64,000 bases of DNA from a virus (IMGVR_UViG_3300031414_000005); one strand, 5' to 3'; positions 34,863 through 46,700 are shown, counted from the first letter of the stretch. A program made the numbers and translations. The notes: generated from the sequence alone by a model not told the origin.

Positions 34863-37800
34863 TTATGAAAAACTGCGATCCATACCGATGTTCATCGAGC
34901 TATTTGCCGGGTTGGCATTCTTCTGTGCAGGTTTCGCCTGTGCACCGGTTCCACCGCTTGGGGCATTGCTACTGTTTTGCAATACCGTCAGCATCTGGCT
35001 CAACACATCGTGAATCGAACTCAGGATGGTGTTGGTCTGACCCGATCCATCCGAGGACGGGGCGGACGCAGGGGCGGGTGCCGGTTCACGGAAGCTCGTG
35101 TTCATGTTAGCAGACGGTGCTGCTGCACTGGACGCAGAGCTCACAGAAGATTGTTGTGGTGCCGGGGTGGCAGCCGGTTCACTGAAACTGGTGGTCATGT
35201 TCGGTGACCCGCTGGCCGGATCCGACAGGGATGCGGTGGTGGCCGGTCCTGCGACCCCACTGTTGTCGTTTCCACCCGGTACGTTGGCTGCAACCTGGCT
35301 CGGAGCATCTGCACCCGGAGCCGGTGTTGGCTCGGTCTTGGTATCGTCCGTGCTGACGTCGTTGGTATCCAATACCCCGTCGTTGAACATCCCGAGGTAC
35401 TGCTGATACTTCATCCGGCGATCTTCAAGCCCATTGGTCCCACCGTTGATCAGGTAGGAGGCCTTGTCAATGTTACCGGCTTTGGCGGCGTCAGAGAGTC
35501 CTTTCCGGTTCTTCCAGAACCACAAGGCTGCCAAGGCGGCGGTCTGTGGATCTTTCCTGACCCGGTCTGGGTTGGAGACAATATCAATCCCGGTGTCCTT
35601 CGAGAAGGCTTCGTAGTTATCCTTACCGGTGAGCTGAATCAATCCACCCCCACGGTAGTTATAACCATCCCCTGGCTTGTCGTTCCCCATGCGTCCGCCG
35701 TACACCGCGTTACCGATCGCTGCCGGACCTGCCGACGCAATCTGTTGTGCACGGTCCATCGAGCCGATACGTTTTGGGAACACTTGGAGCAGTCGCGCCG
35801 GTTTGTAGTTCAGGTTCTCCTCAGTGCGAGTAAACCCACCCGATTCGTGATCCAAGTTCGCCAGCAACGCCGCCAATTCCTTCTTGTCGGTGATGCCTTC
35901 TTTCTTCGCCATTTTCAGCACCGTGTCGATGCCTTTCTGTTTACCGGGACCCACCGCCATAGGTTCGACCTTCCCGGTCTTATCCACGCTCGGTAAGCTG
36001 TCCCCAGCACCCATGTAAGCACCGGCTCCGGTCGTCCCTGGGTTGCTGCCAAAGCTGCCTGACAACGCCTGGTCCTTAACAGTGTTGGCGGTGGTGACTT
36101 GATAACGACTCTTCGACTGGCCAGGAGCTCTGGCAGTAAAGGAGTACTTGTCATCGAACTGCTGCTTGACCGTGTCCGGCACCGGTGACGTCCCGTTCCC
36201 CTGTTGTCCGGTGGTCGCAACATCAGTCGGCGCTTTGACCTCACCCTGCTTGGCTTTGGCTTGCAGGTTGTTCATCGCCAGTTTCACACTGTCAGGGTCG
36301 GTTTCTGCGTGCTCACCTTTGAACGGTGATACATCCACCGTCCACACCGACACTTCTTCTGCTCGTCCTTCCTTATACGTGGCTGCGACTACCGCTTGTC
36401 CGATAGTGTACCGCTGCTGCGCATTCAACGACGTGTACGTGGCTGACGGGAGTCCGCCTTGTACGGTATCGGTTACCATCCGGTGGTAAATAAAATAGGT
36501 TGGCAGGAAGCGTTTCAGGAACCACTGACCCCACTCCATGAAGTCCGCCTGGTTGTTGAGCTTGCGGCCAAACTGAACCGCTGTCAGGCGATAGAGATCT
36601 CCGCTCTTACCGGTGAAGCGCAGCGCATTACCATTGCGGGCAATGTTACTCTCCACCACTTTCTCCATACGCAGGAAGGTGGCAATCTTGGCGTACTCCA
36701 GCTTCTTCAAGCCATACGCCTTCATGCGCACCATGGTGAGTTCATCCAGAGACTCACCTGGCTTTGGCAACATCGATGACACATCGTTATCTGATGCATC
36801 CACACTGATGCTGGCCAGGTTCATCCCGAGATCAAGCGGACGCTCTGGACGGATACTGTCCCGACCCCGACGACGAATCCCGTTATCCTCGGTAGAGAAA
36901 TACCCGCCAGCGGTTTGGCGTTTACCCGGATCAATAGCCCCGGTGACGGTCCCACCAAAATCATTGATCATGGTACCAGGTACTGCACTCGGTTTCTTGT
37001 CCGCTTCTTTCCCCATCGCTTTCAACACCGCTGAGACACGTGAGCTGGTCTGTCCTTCGTCGTACATTGGTGACTCACCAATCGCTTCCGGTGCGATACT
37101 GTACGGGTTAGGCTCGATATGACTCATCATGTCATTGGTGTTGCTGGCCACCAGATACAAGGCACTCACGTCGTTGGATTTATCCACATCCTCGAAGCGG
37201 GTGTTACCCATGTATTTGTTGAGCATGGCCACAGAAGTTAAGAACACCGGTTTGAAACGGTTAGTAAACCAACCCACCCATCCCTGGACTTGCTCCGGGT
37301 CATTGGTGTCCGTGATCAGGAGACGCAGTGCCTGGTCGATTGGGGTGTCTTCCGTAAAGGAGGCATCACCCCCTCTGACCGTCACATGGTCTTTCAACAG
37401 CATCTCGACTTTGGCAATGCGTTCAGCGTCTTTCCCGGTTGGGTCAACACCGTACATTGTCATGCGTACCTGACGCAGTTTACTTGGCCGGTTGATCCAG
37501 TCACTGATGGCACTGCCCGCATCCCAGAGTAATGATCCCACCGAGATGGCAGTAATGATACCTGCCGTGATAGGTCCACCCAGGAGTGCAGCACCGCCTG
37601 CCAGGAACGGCAAGAAACGACCGAGACGGGCTGCCACACCCACCGCTTTCCCCACACCCTTCAGTGCACCCCCTACTACCTTACCGGCCAGACCCAGACG
37701 TGGGCGCACCAGGTTACCCGCAGCCTTCGCACCTTTCCAGGCACGACCCGCCCATTTCCCGGCACGGGTTTGACGCGCGGTCCGCCCGGCATCACCCAGG

Positions 37801-40800
37801 TCTGCGGCTTCACTGGCGGCATCCGATGCTGCATCAGCAGCTGTCCGACGACGAGCGCGGCGACGTACCGCCCCGTACCCGGCTGCCCCGAGGCTACCAT
37901 AGGTTAAAGCATCGTCAGCCAACCCACCCCAATCGGTCCCTTCATCCTGGTCGGTTCCCACATCCAGGTGTTCATCACCCAGTGACGGATCCATCCCATC
38001 CATCCCGCCAATATCCGGGGTGGCTTCTGATGCGTGGGCTGATCCACTGAACATGCTGTACAACGCAGTCCCGCCCGCAGCGATTGCACCCCACTTCCCA
38101 ACCTTACCGAGACGACGTCCCCATTTACCCCGCGCACGGCCACCCCCAACGTCTGGTCCACCGCGTGCATGGGCCAGGGCTTCATCACGGGTGCGTTTCC
38201 CCATAATGATAGCGGCTAACGGTTTTAACCACTTCAAGGTTAAGAACCCTTTCAGTGAACCGAGGATACCGAGACGACGAATCGCTGACCACCCTGCCAA
38301 TACGGCGGTGGCTGCTTTACCAATCACCCCCATGATCGGACCAAAGATCGACGCGGTTTTCTCTTCGTCTTTCTTGGCCTGGTTTCCTTTGAGGGCTTCA
38401 ATGGCATCAATCAGGCGGTCTTCTTTGGAACTGGCGGCTTTGCGGGCACGTTTGTTTTGGATGTCCTGGGCCGAGTTATCCCGTACACCGTCACCGTCTT
38501 CATCCAGAGGGTTGGTTGAGAACCCACCCATTCCCCCATCTTGTTTCGGACGACGTTGGCCAGGCAGACGCGCATCCAGCAGGTCATACACCCGATCAAT
38601 GGCTGTTACCACACCACCGTTACCACCGATGCTGTCACGTACCGCCCCGGCACCGCGTGCTGCACCTCCACGGATACGCTCGGCTAAACCGGGGACACCC
38701 GCAAACAAGTTGGCCGCAGTCCGACGCAGACGACGGGTATACACCCGGGCATAACGTGTCAGGGTATTGATCTGCACACCAAAGCGGTTGGTAAGACCTT
38801 TCTCAATATCGGCTTCACTCAAGACCACTTCACCGTCAGCATCGTAAACCGTCCCCTTGATCTCGCTCCATTTCGTGACCGGGTGGCCCTCTTCATCCAG
38901 GTATGCCCCGCTACGTAAGCCAGTGCCTGTCAGACGCGGTTCACGTTCTCCTTTGACGTAAACGTCCATGGTTTGGATACGTCCCACCACGGTGTCTTTC
39001 AGTGCGCGTAAACGGCTTACCGGATCCAGCTTATTAAACAGCCCAATTGCTCCCCGTTTCAGTCGCTCGATATTAATGAGTACGATACGTTTGTTGCGCT
39101 GGTTGAATAACTTGCCTTTCAGATCACTCGCGCGGGCAATGACCACACCCGCTGCATCGACGACAGCACCTTTGATGTATTTGTACGACGTGATGACGCG
39201 TCCGCTGACCTGGTCATAATACTGACCGGCTTTTAATTTAACGGATTGCAACAACGGCTCACTGTTCCCTTCCTGGTAAATGTCGTCGTTGTCACTGGCA
39301 CTGTCACCCTCTGCACCTTGCGCCCGTCCTTGCAGGAACTTGTACGCTTGGTAACCGATCACACCGGCTGCGGCCACACCGCCCAAACGCGGCGCCATGG
39401 CGGTCAGCCCTGCTAACCCAGCGGCACCGGCACCGTACAACACAGCCGGATTAGACGCCAGGCCTTTCAGCATGTCACGGGCCCGGCCACTGAGGTTGCT
39501 GCTGCGCATCCGTTCTAACCAGCTGCGCATCCGACCGCCGGACGTGTTACCTGCGGCACCTTCTTCCGGGGTAACCGTTGGGGGTTGACGATCATGGAGC
39601 AGACTGAGTTGCATTTTCGCAAACTCATGGTTGGCCAGCAGTAACTGATCGGTCTTACTGACCAGTTCACCCAGGTACGTGTTCGCCTGGGTTGCCTGAA
39701 CAACCAACGGGTCAAGGTCCATCCCGGCGGTACTGCGGTTATCCAGCCGATCGGTAAGTTTACCAATGGCATCCGCTAAGCCACTGACATCACCCGTAAA
39801 GCCCGGTGCTGGACGCCCACGTCCCATACGGCCTTTATTAGCACCCCGTGTGGGGAGTAACGTCTCGGGGGTGATTCCGCCAGACAACTCCTTGTTATCC
39901 GGGTTCTCGATGAACTTGCGCATGATCTCCCAGCGCATGTCATTGTTGAAGGTATCAACCCCGTTGGTGTTTTGAATCACCCCGAGCTGACGCAGGGCAT
40001 CCTCATTACCCGTGGCCCGCAGGATATCCAGTTGTTCCGCCACATCCGGGATGTACCCACGCAGGGAACTCACTCGCTCAGAGATCTGGTTACGCAACTG
40101 GTTGGCCCGCTGACTTGGTAACACCAGTGAATTACGAATCCCCTTCAGGGTGGTTGAGTTGGCTTTCGCCATTAACTCCGGGGTAATGCGGAAACGCTGT
40201 TGGATGAAACGCGCCAGTTCAGCACTGTCGGCTTTATCAGTGTCACCCCAGCCTTCTTCCCGGGCATAATGAATCGGGTCAAAGCTCTCACCCCGGTCCT
40301 GGTCACGCAAGAAACGCATGGACAACGCCTTACGTGCAGACGCCGAGAGTTTCTTCTCCGGGTCCAGCTCGTCAACGATGTTGTTACTCATCGTGGCTAA
40401 GCCGCTGTACTCACGACGGTTAAACAACTGACCGCGTAACAGGTTGGTGTTGTTCCGCTGGGAAACAAACTGCCCGCGCTGGTAGTTGTACGTGGTGGCT
40501 TGCACATCATCCCGTCCGGTACGCATTTGTTCCAGACTTAAGTGGATCCGCGAGAACCAACCCGGAATCACTTCGGTCAAGGTGCGGTGTGCCAGGTTGT
40601 CCCACTGTGCAGGTTGGGTCAGGTCACTGAGCTTACGGGTCTGGATATCAATCCGATGGCCGTTGTCAATGGGTATGTCACGCAGGCGGTTGTTGATAAG
40701 CGGGTTCAAGAAACCCCGTTTGGCATTCATCGCCATCCAGCCACGTTTGGTCGGTTGCTGTCCAGCGTTCCGTGGGTCGGCCTCGAATACCATCTGGTAC

Positions 40801-42086
40801 TCTTCCCAACTCATGGTGCCTTCTTCCAGGTCGGTACGGTTACGCAGGTAGCGGTTCGCAATGCCTGCACCGTTGTTAACCAGGTAGTTGACAGCGTTAC
40901 CCACTTGGTTAACCCGACGGTTTGCCTGTTGGACACGACGTCCCACGTTACGGTTCTGACGCAGGTACTGTTGTGCTTGCGAACTGTTCATCCCCATCTG
41001 CAACAAGATCGGTAGCATGTCGACAGCTTTACCGCCAGCCATCTGTCCCAGCATCGACACCATGTCGCTACCGCCACCCATGCTGCCCGCCAGAGACGCT
41101 AAGCTAATCGCCGCCCCAGCGTTCTGCATGTGGCTATCCACCCCGGCGATCTTGGCATCTTGCCAGTTCGGGTCAACCAGACGCTGTAATACCCCACCTA
41201 CGCCACCCACGGCTCGTCCAACCGTGGTGAACGTCCGTTCCCGCAACATTTTCTTTGCAGTCGCTGAGGATGACATTTTCTCAAAGTCAGCCATCGCCGT
41301 TTGCTTGGCGATTTCACGGAACTGATCCATCGAGGCATGCATGTAACGTTCGGACAGTTTGGCGTAACCCTGCATCAGGTTGAAATGGCGGAACTGAAGA
41401 TCCAGGCTGCGGCGTTGTGCCTTACCAATGAAGTCCTCATTAAAGCCAACGAGACGCGAGATCCCTTGTGAGATATTGCGCAGGTCACGGTTACCGATGC
41501 CAAGTAACATCCCGGTCTGGGCATTGCCGGCATTCATGGCACCCAGGGTTTCGCGGTGTTGCCCTTCAGAGAGGTTGGCCTGTTGCAGCAACGACTCTTT
41601 CAGGTAACTGGCGACTTCATTGTCCCCGGCTTGTTCCAGCGTTCCAATACCCTTTTGACTGGCATCACCTGGGGCGTACATCGACTGGTCAGATTCGGCA
41701 AACCGCTCGATCTGTTTCAGCACCGATTTCGGGATGTATTTCCCACCGTCCGTGTTCACCGCGTGTGCAGCATCCTGCAACGCACGAACACCATCGTAAG
41801 TACCCCGGCGGAATCTATCGTATAGCTGTCGTGTTTCTCGGTCCACCCGATCGTACAGGTCGAAGGCGGGTGTATAAGAACGCGGTAAAAGTGCACTGGA
41901 AAGCTGGCGTATTTTCTGACTGTCCCGAATCGACATCCCAGCGCCTGTTGCGGCACCACTCAGAAAACGTTTGACCACACTCCCTTTTTTCTTTGGCGAG
42001 CCTGAGAAGTCACTGTCGAAGTCGAAACCTAAATCGAAGTCGCTGTCCCAGTTATCGTCAAAATCTAATTCGACATCTTTGGCCAT
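34863..42086 (-). CDS. tape measure / structural lysin (phiKZ gp181-like) with C-terminal GH19 domain
   Basis: About 2407 aa; Gly/Ala-rich hydrophobic segments; LDHESGGF..EENLNY..DGYNYRGGGLIQLTGKDNY..INGGTNGLEDR is GH19; head-to-head with vRNAP beta'. Confidence 0.9.
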   Translation of the reverse strand: MAKDVELDFDDNWDSDFDLGFDFDSDFSGSPKKKGSVVKRFLSGAATGAGMSIRDSQKIRQLSSALLPRSYTPAFDLYDRVDRETRQLYDRFRRGTYDGVRALQDAAHAVNTDGGKYIPKSVLKQIERFAESDQSMYAPGDASQKGIGTLEQAGDNEVASYLKESLLQQANLSEGQHRETLGAMNAGNAQTGMLLGIGNRDLRNISQGISRLVGFNEDFIGKAQRRSLDLQFRHFNLMQGYAKLSERYMHASMDQFREIAKQTAMADFEKMSSSATAKKMLRERTFTTVGRAVGGVGGVLQRLVDPNWQDAKIAGVDSHMQNAGAAISLASLAGSMGGGSDMVSMLGQMAGGKAVDMLPILLQMGMNSSQAQQYLRQNRNVGRRVQQANRRVNQVGNAVNYLVNNGAGIANRYLRNRTDLEEGTMSWEEYQMVFEADPRNAGQQPTKRGWMAMNAKRGFLNPLINNRLRDIPIDNGHRIDIQTRKLSDLTQPAQWDNLAHRTLTEVIPGWFSRIHLSLEQMRTGRDDVQATTYNYQRGQFVSQRNNTNLLRGQLFNRREYSGLATMSNNIVDELDPEKKLSASARKALSMRFLRDQDRGESFDPIHYAREEGWGDTDKADSAELARFIQQRFRITPELMAKANSTTLKGIRNSLVLPSQRANQLRNQISERVSSLRGYIPDVAEQLDILRATGNEDALRQLGVIQNTNGVDTFNNDMRWEIMRKFIENPDNKELSGGITPETLLPTRGANKGRMGRGRPAPGFTGDVSGLADAIGKLTDRLDNRSTAGMDLDPLVVQATQANTYLGELVSKTDQLLLANHEFAKMQLSLLHDRQPPTVTPEEGAAGNTSGGRMRSWLERMRSSNLSGRARDMLKGLASNPAVLYGAGAAGLAGLTAMAPRLGGVAAAGVIGYQAYKFLQGRAQGAEGDSASDNDDIYQEGNSEPLLQSVKLKAGQYYDQVSGRVITSYKYIKGAVVDAAGVVIARASDLKGKLFNQRNKRIVLINIERLKRGAIGLFNKLDPVSRLRALKDTVVGRIQTMDVYVKGEREPRLTGTGLRSGAYLDEEGHPVTKWSEIKGTVYDADGEVVLSEADIEKGLTNRFGVQINTLTRYARVYTRRLRRTAANLFAGVPGLAERIRGGAARGAGAVRDSIGGNGGVVTAIDRVYDLLDARLPGQRRPKQDGGMGGFSTNPLDEDGDGVRDNSAQDIQNKRARKAASSKEDRLIDAIEALKGNQAKKDEEKTASIFGPIMGVIGKAATAVLAGWSAIRRLGILGSLKGFLTLKWLKPLAAIIMGKRTRDEALAHARGGPDVGGGRARGKWGRRLGKVGKWGAIAAGGTALYSMFSGSAHASEATPDIGGMDGMDPSLGDEHLDVGTDQDEGTDWGGLADDALTYGSLGAAGYGAVRRRARRRTAADAASDAASEAADLGDAGRTARQTRAGKWAGRAWKGAKAAGNLVRPRLGLAGKVVGGALKGVGKAVGVAARLGRFLPFLAGGAALLGGPITAGIITAISVGSLLWDAGSAISDWINRPSKLRQVRMTMYGVDPTGKDAERIAKVEMLLKDHVTVRGGDASFTEDTPIDQALRLLITDTNDPEQVQGWVGWFTNRFKPVFLTSVAMLNKYMGNTRFEDVDKSNDVSALYLVASNTNDMMSHIEPNPYSIAPEAIGESPMYDEGQTSSRVSAVLKAMGKEADKKPSAVPGTMINDFGGTVTGAIDPGKRQTAGGYFSTEDNGIRRRGRDSIRPERPLDLGMNLASISVDASDNDVSSMLPKPGESLDELTMVRMKAYGLKKLEYAKIATFLRMEKVVESNIARNGNALRFTGKSGDLYRLTAVQFGRKLNNQADFMEWGQWFLKRFLPTYFIYHRMVTDTVQGGLPSATYTSLNAQQRYTIGQAVVAATYKEGRAEEVSVWTVDVSPFKGEHAETDPDSVKLAMNNLQAKAKQGEVKAPTDVATTGQQGNGTSPVPDTVKQQFDDKYSFTARAPGQSKSRYQVTTANTVKDQALSGSFGSNPGTTGAGAYMGAGDSLPSVDKTGKVEPMAVGPGKQKGIDTVLKMAKKEGITDKKELAALLANLDHESGGFTRTEENLNYKPARLLQVFPKRIGSMDRAQQIASAGPAAIGNAVYGGRMGNDKPGDGYNYRGGGLIQLTGKDNYEAFSKDTGIDIVSNPDRVRKDPQTAALAALWFWKNRKGLSDAAKAGNIDKASYLINGGTNGLEDRRMKYQQYLGMFNDGVLDTNDVSTDDTKTEPTPAPGADAPSQVAANVPGGNDNSGVAGPATTASLSDPASGSPNMTTSFSEPAATPAPQQSSVSSASSAAAPSANMNTSFREPAPAPASAPSSDGSGQTNTILSSIHDVLSQMLTVLQNSSNAPSGGTGAQAKPAQKNANPANSSMNIGMDRSFS

Positions 42087-42117
42087 AATGTGGTTCCCGA
42101 TCTTTACGAGGTTATGA

Positions 42118-43731
42118 ATGAAACCCCTAAATATAACAATTCTGAATCCCAAAACCGTACCCTGGCAGACCATGCGGCCTGTTACGGTCACTGACATCTT
42201 CGATGGGATCACCAATAACCTTCATGATGAGGGGTTATACTCCATCCCCATCTTTGGTCGGGTCGGTTCTGAAGAACGCGATGAACGCTTTTCCTACATT
42301 GATGTGGGACTCAACATTATTCACCCCCAGATCTTTGACGCCCTGTGTTCTCTGAAGCAGCTTTATCGCGGCATCATGAGTGGCAAATTGTTTGCGACCT
42401 GGGACGACAATGTAAAAGATTTCATAAAATCCGATGCGTTAGTGGGACAGACCGGTTTCAGCTTTTTTCTGAAGCACTGGCGTGACATTGAATTCCCTGC
42501 TAACAAGTCCAGCAAGCGTGATGACAAAATCCGGGTGGTGGAGAAATTCAAAGGGATTGCCATGACCCGCCGGGTATTAATCCTGCCGGCAGGGTTGCGT
42601 GAAGTGCAGATCGATGAAGACGGCCGGACGATTGAAACCGAAGTCAACCCGCTGTACCGTCGCATGCTGTCAATTGCCAAGACCGTGGTCTTGACACAAG
42701 GGGTGGATAACAACCCGATGTACGACAACATCCGCTGGTCATTGCAGAACTCCTTTATGGAGATCTATAACTTCTTCGAGAACTTCCTGAAAGGCAAGCG
42801 CGGTTTCCTGCAACAGAAATACGGTCGCCGTGCGGTGTTCAACGCCACCGCCAACGTGATCACGGCAGCCCCCATCACCAACCGTGACTTACGCTCACCC
42901 GCCTATCCCGATATCAACACCACGTTGGTGGGGTTACGTCAGTATATGAAAGTGATGTTCCACTTCTTCTTTCATAAGCTGAGTCAGGGTTACCTGGGGG
43001 AAGTGTTTACCAAAGGCTCATTGACCGCCCGGTTGGTTGACCGTGAGACGCTGCGTTACGAGCACGTTGAGGTGGACTTACCGACCATTGACAAGTGGAC
43101 GTCCGAGGAAGGGATCAACAAACTGATCAACGGCTATAACGACACCGGGGTGCGTAATAAGCCAATAATCATAAAAGGTTACTATCTTGGTCTTATCTAT
43201 GTTGACCGGAAATACTTTAAGATTTTCGGTGACATCAATGAGTTACCGAGTTACCTAGATAAAAAGAACGTCCGTCCTATCACCTACACCGAGCTGTTCT
43301 ATTTGGCCGGGTTTGATGTGTGGAACAACCGCTTTGTGCAGAACACCCGTTACCCGATTACCGGGATGGGGTCGATCTATCCGGCCCGTCCGTTTGTCAA
43401 GACCACCGTCAACGACTCGATCAAAGAGATGTTGGATGAGGACTGGCAGCGCACCGGACGGTTAGCCACTGCGTTTCCGGACAATGCATTGGATGCCCAG
43501 TTCTTTGATGCCATGGCGGTACACCCCACCCGTCTCGGCCTGGCTGGCGGTGACTACGACGGTGACCGTATGAGTTGTAACGGGATTCAATCGGATGAAG
43601 CGATGCGCGAGTGTGCGGATTCGTTAGCCCGCCGTGAAACCTATATCTCAGGTACCGGTGATTTCTATATTGATGTGACCACGGACACATTGGATTTTGT
43701 CATGCATGCCATGACCCATATCTCTCAATAA
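42118..43731 (+). CDS. rpoC: virion RNA polymerase beta' subunit, N-terminal/catalytic fragment (phiKZ gp180-like)
   Basis: GLYSIPIFGRVG, ILPAGLRE, LKGKRGFLQ, catalytic GGDYDGD. Confidence 0.95.
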   Translation: MKPLNITILNPKTVPWQTMRPVTVTDIFDGITNNLHDEGLYSIPIFGRVGSEERDERFSYIDVGLNIIHPQIFDALCSLKQLYRGIMSGKLFATWDDNVKDFIKSDALVGQTGFSFFLKHWRDIEFPANKSSKRDDKIRVVEKFKGIAMTRRVLILPAGLREVQIDEDGRTIETEVNPLYRRMLSIAKTVVLTQGVDNNPMYDNIRWSLQNSFMEIYNFFENFLKGKRGFLQQKYGRRAVFNATANVITAAPITNRDLRSPAYPDINTTLVGLRQYMKVMFHFFFHKLSQGYLGEVFTKGSLTARLVDRETLRYEHVEVDLPTIDKWTSEEGINKLINGYNDTGVRNKPIIIKGYYLGLIYVDRKYFKIFGDINELPSYLDKKNVRPITYTELFYLAGFDVWNNRFVQNTRYPITGMGSIYPARPFVKTTVNDSIKEMLDEDWQRTGRLATAFPDNALDAQFFDAMAVHPTRLGLAGGDYDGDRMSCNGIQSDEAMRECADSLARRETYISGTGDFYIDVTTDTLDFVMHAMTHISQ

Positions 43732-43739
43732 GGTGTGCT

Positions 43740-46700
43740 ATGTTACGTCTTGAGCAGTTTGAAAAGCGTTTTAGTGTGCTGCGTAAGAACCAGATCCTGT
43801 CGCCGAAGTTTCATGCTTTGGCGTCACTGGAGTTACCGGCTAACGCGATCTTACATTATCTTCCCACCGACCCCACGGACATCGGCCCGGATGTCAATGA
43901 GATCACCCTCATCAATTACCCGGAACCCATCTTTGTTAACCACCTGACTGAGATGGTGAACAAGATCGGTAACCCACAGCGTGTGACCGCCAACCCGCGG
44001 GCCCTGATCGACCAATACCGCAAAACCCATCGCCGGTTCCTGTACCTGCGTAACTTTGCCACCACCAATCAGCAACCGCGCAATCTGCTGGTGTGGAACT
44101 ACGGCATCGCTCAGCAGTTCTACCGGTACCGTCCGTCGGTGTTTGTGTCGTACCAGCGTTGGTTCAACCAGTATTACACCATGTGGGAGCAAGTCGCTCA
44201 TTTGCAACAGGACAGCACCCGCAGCCAGTTTATTCCTCTGAGCCTGCCGGCTATCCTGCCAAGCCTGACCCAGCTGCGTAACAGCAGCAAGAAAATGGGC
44301 AGCGGGATGGAAGATGAGCAAGCACACCCCATGGACACCCTGGACGCCCAATGGACTGCGGAAGACGAAGCCGAGCTGCAAGCGGAGATGGCACAGTCCA
44401 CCCCGTTCCAGCAGATGTTCGTCAATCTGACCCGTAGCCTGCTGAAGATCAAGAAGTACGGCAGCAACAGTCGTCGCCGTAAAGCCGAGTTTGTCTACGA
44501 CCCGCGTAGCCAGTACAACGCGGCGCAGTACTACCATAATTCTCCGCTCGGCGATCAAACAACCTATCCAGAAATGGATGACGACGATGACGATTACGAC
44601 GAGACTGAGGGCGATGGCGGTGACTTTGACGGGGGGATGGAAGGGATCTACAACTGGGGTGTCGAAGACCTCGGGGCAATGGAATCCCGGATTACGTTAA
44701 CCACACCACGTCTTGACCAAACTGCCCTGCGCCCGTTCCAGGCGGCCAACTCCTATTGGATGTTGGATTTCTGGCAGTGGTTAGCCGGTGAGCGTGAAAC
44801 GTCGGTGATGAGCCTGATGGATCACAACCAGCTGCACAAAGTCAACCTGCTGATTGAGAACATGGGGTCGTTTGCCATTCTCAATCTGGGTCGACTGATG
44901 GACTGGCTCAATGAGATGCCAAAAGTCCAGCGTGGGGGTGAGGAAGTCGTTAACCCAGTGGCCAAGGAAAACTACGCCAAGCAACTGCTGTTGTTCTTTA
45001 ACAAGCAGTTCATGATGAAAACCGAAGGGGGTTTCCAACCGGATACCGCCGATGAGCAAAGCGATGAGGCCTCTACCCCGTTGCGTGATAAACGCAAGCC
45101 CGAGGTGATATCCAGTCCTGAGCTCCCGGATGACATCTTTGACGAAGAAGACGATGGCACGGAGATCGACACCCGTAACGTCTACGGGGTGGATGTCCCG
45201 GTAAACCCGTTTGATGACATCGATAAGCAAGTCCATCAACCGGATGAACCACAGTTGGTGCCGGAGCCTTCTGAGCCTGTTGCCAGTGATGTGGAGGACG
45301 CCACCATTGCCCAGCTGAGTGATGACGTGGACGACGCCCTGCTGGAACTCCCGCAGGCTGCGCAACATCTCGACGATGCCGATGACCTGATGTTTGAAGG
45401 CGGCGGTGCGCCAGAAGACGGGGTGATGATCAAAGCCATTGAGATGGCGGAATCGGGTCAGATCTCCGCCAGTGAGTTTCGTCGCATGGAGAAAGTCTCC
45501 AGTTCATATCGCCGGATCAAGAACCCGTTTGGTGAAGGCACCCTGGAAGACCTGATTACCTATGACCCGGTGGTGTTAAACACCGTGCCAAAAGCAATCG
45601 GCCAGGACAGTGACACCATTCTGGACAAGTCGATGCTGGACTCGACCGTGACCCACGTCAACACGCAGTACATCAAACATGTCATGCAGAAAGATGTGGC
45701 GAACATGGTGATGGGTGTGCAGCAAGCCGGGATTGCGATCACCAACTATGAAGTGGATGAGGTCGTCGATGCGTTGTCGGCTTACGATTCGTACACCATC
45801 CAGTTCCAGCCGGTTGGGGGGTTGACCACCACCCGTCGTTTCCGTATTCCGAAAGTCCAGGAAGACAACACCTACACCGTGAACTCGGTGAAGTCGGTGC
45901 TGAGCTGGCAGCGTATGGACAAACCGATTCGCAAGATCAACCCAAGCCGTGTTGCCCTCAACAGCTACTACGGTAAGAAAGTCTTCATTGACCGTTCCAC
46001 CAAGAAGGTGAACAGTTATGAGGACTGGTTGCATCGCAACATCATCGCGGAGTCACAACCGACCCCGGGTAGTGATGTGCCGTCACAGGTGCAAGGGTTG
46101 GTACTGGGTCGTCACTTTGATCCCACCATCAAAACCCCGCACACCTTTGCGATGCTGAGTCGGCGTTTCCGTCAGTTCCAAGTGGGTGACTGTGCGTTCC
46201 TGTTCAACACCCATGACCTGGAGGAGTCGGTTGGTAAAGAACGCTTCCGTGAATTGCTAAGCCGCGATTTCGTGGTCTGCGGGAAACGGGGTGATGATTT
46301 ACTGGTGATGGACACGGCCGGGATGGTGTATGCGTATCCGCCAGCGTTGCCGTCTTTCCAGATGCTGGACACCATTGAGAACATGGTGGGGTTAAATGTC
46401 AAGGATGCGCCGGTTGAGATCGTGGAAGTGAAAATCAATGGGCGCTATGTCCCGATGGTGATCATTCTCTGCTATTACTACGGTTTGACCCGTTTGCTGA
46501 AACTCCTGGAAACCTCGGTACGTTATGTCCCACGGGGTGAACGGTTACAGTTGACCAGTGAAGAAGTCGCGATTGGCTTTGCTGACGAGTTCCTGGTGTA
46601 CAGCCGTAATGACCGGTTGAGCTCATTGATCCTCGGCGGGTTAAACACCTACAAGGATGAGTTACGGGCCTTCAACCGCAGCAACCTCGACAACCCAAAC

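Noticed and set aside
34865-41974. Many 60-244 aa plus-strand ORFs opposite the tape measure
   Set aside because: Antisense shadows without SD or domains
42087-42215. N-terminal extension of the tape measure ORF to 42215
   Set aside because: It overlaps the beta' gene; the natural start is ATG 42086 (MAKDVELDFDD)
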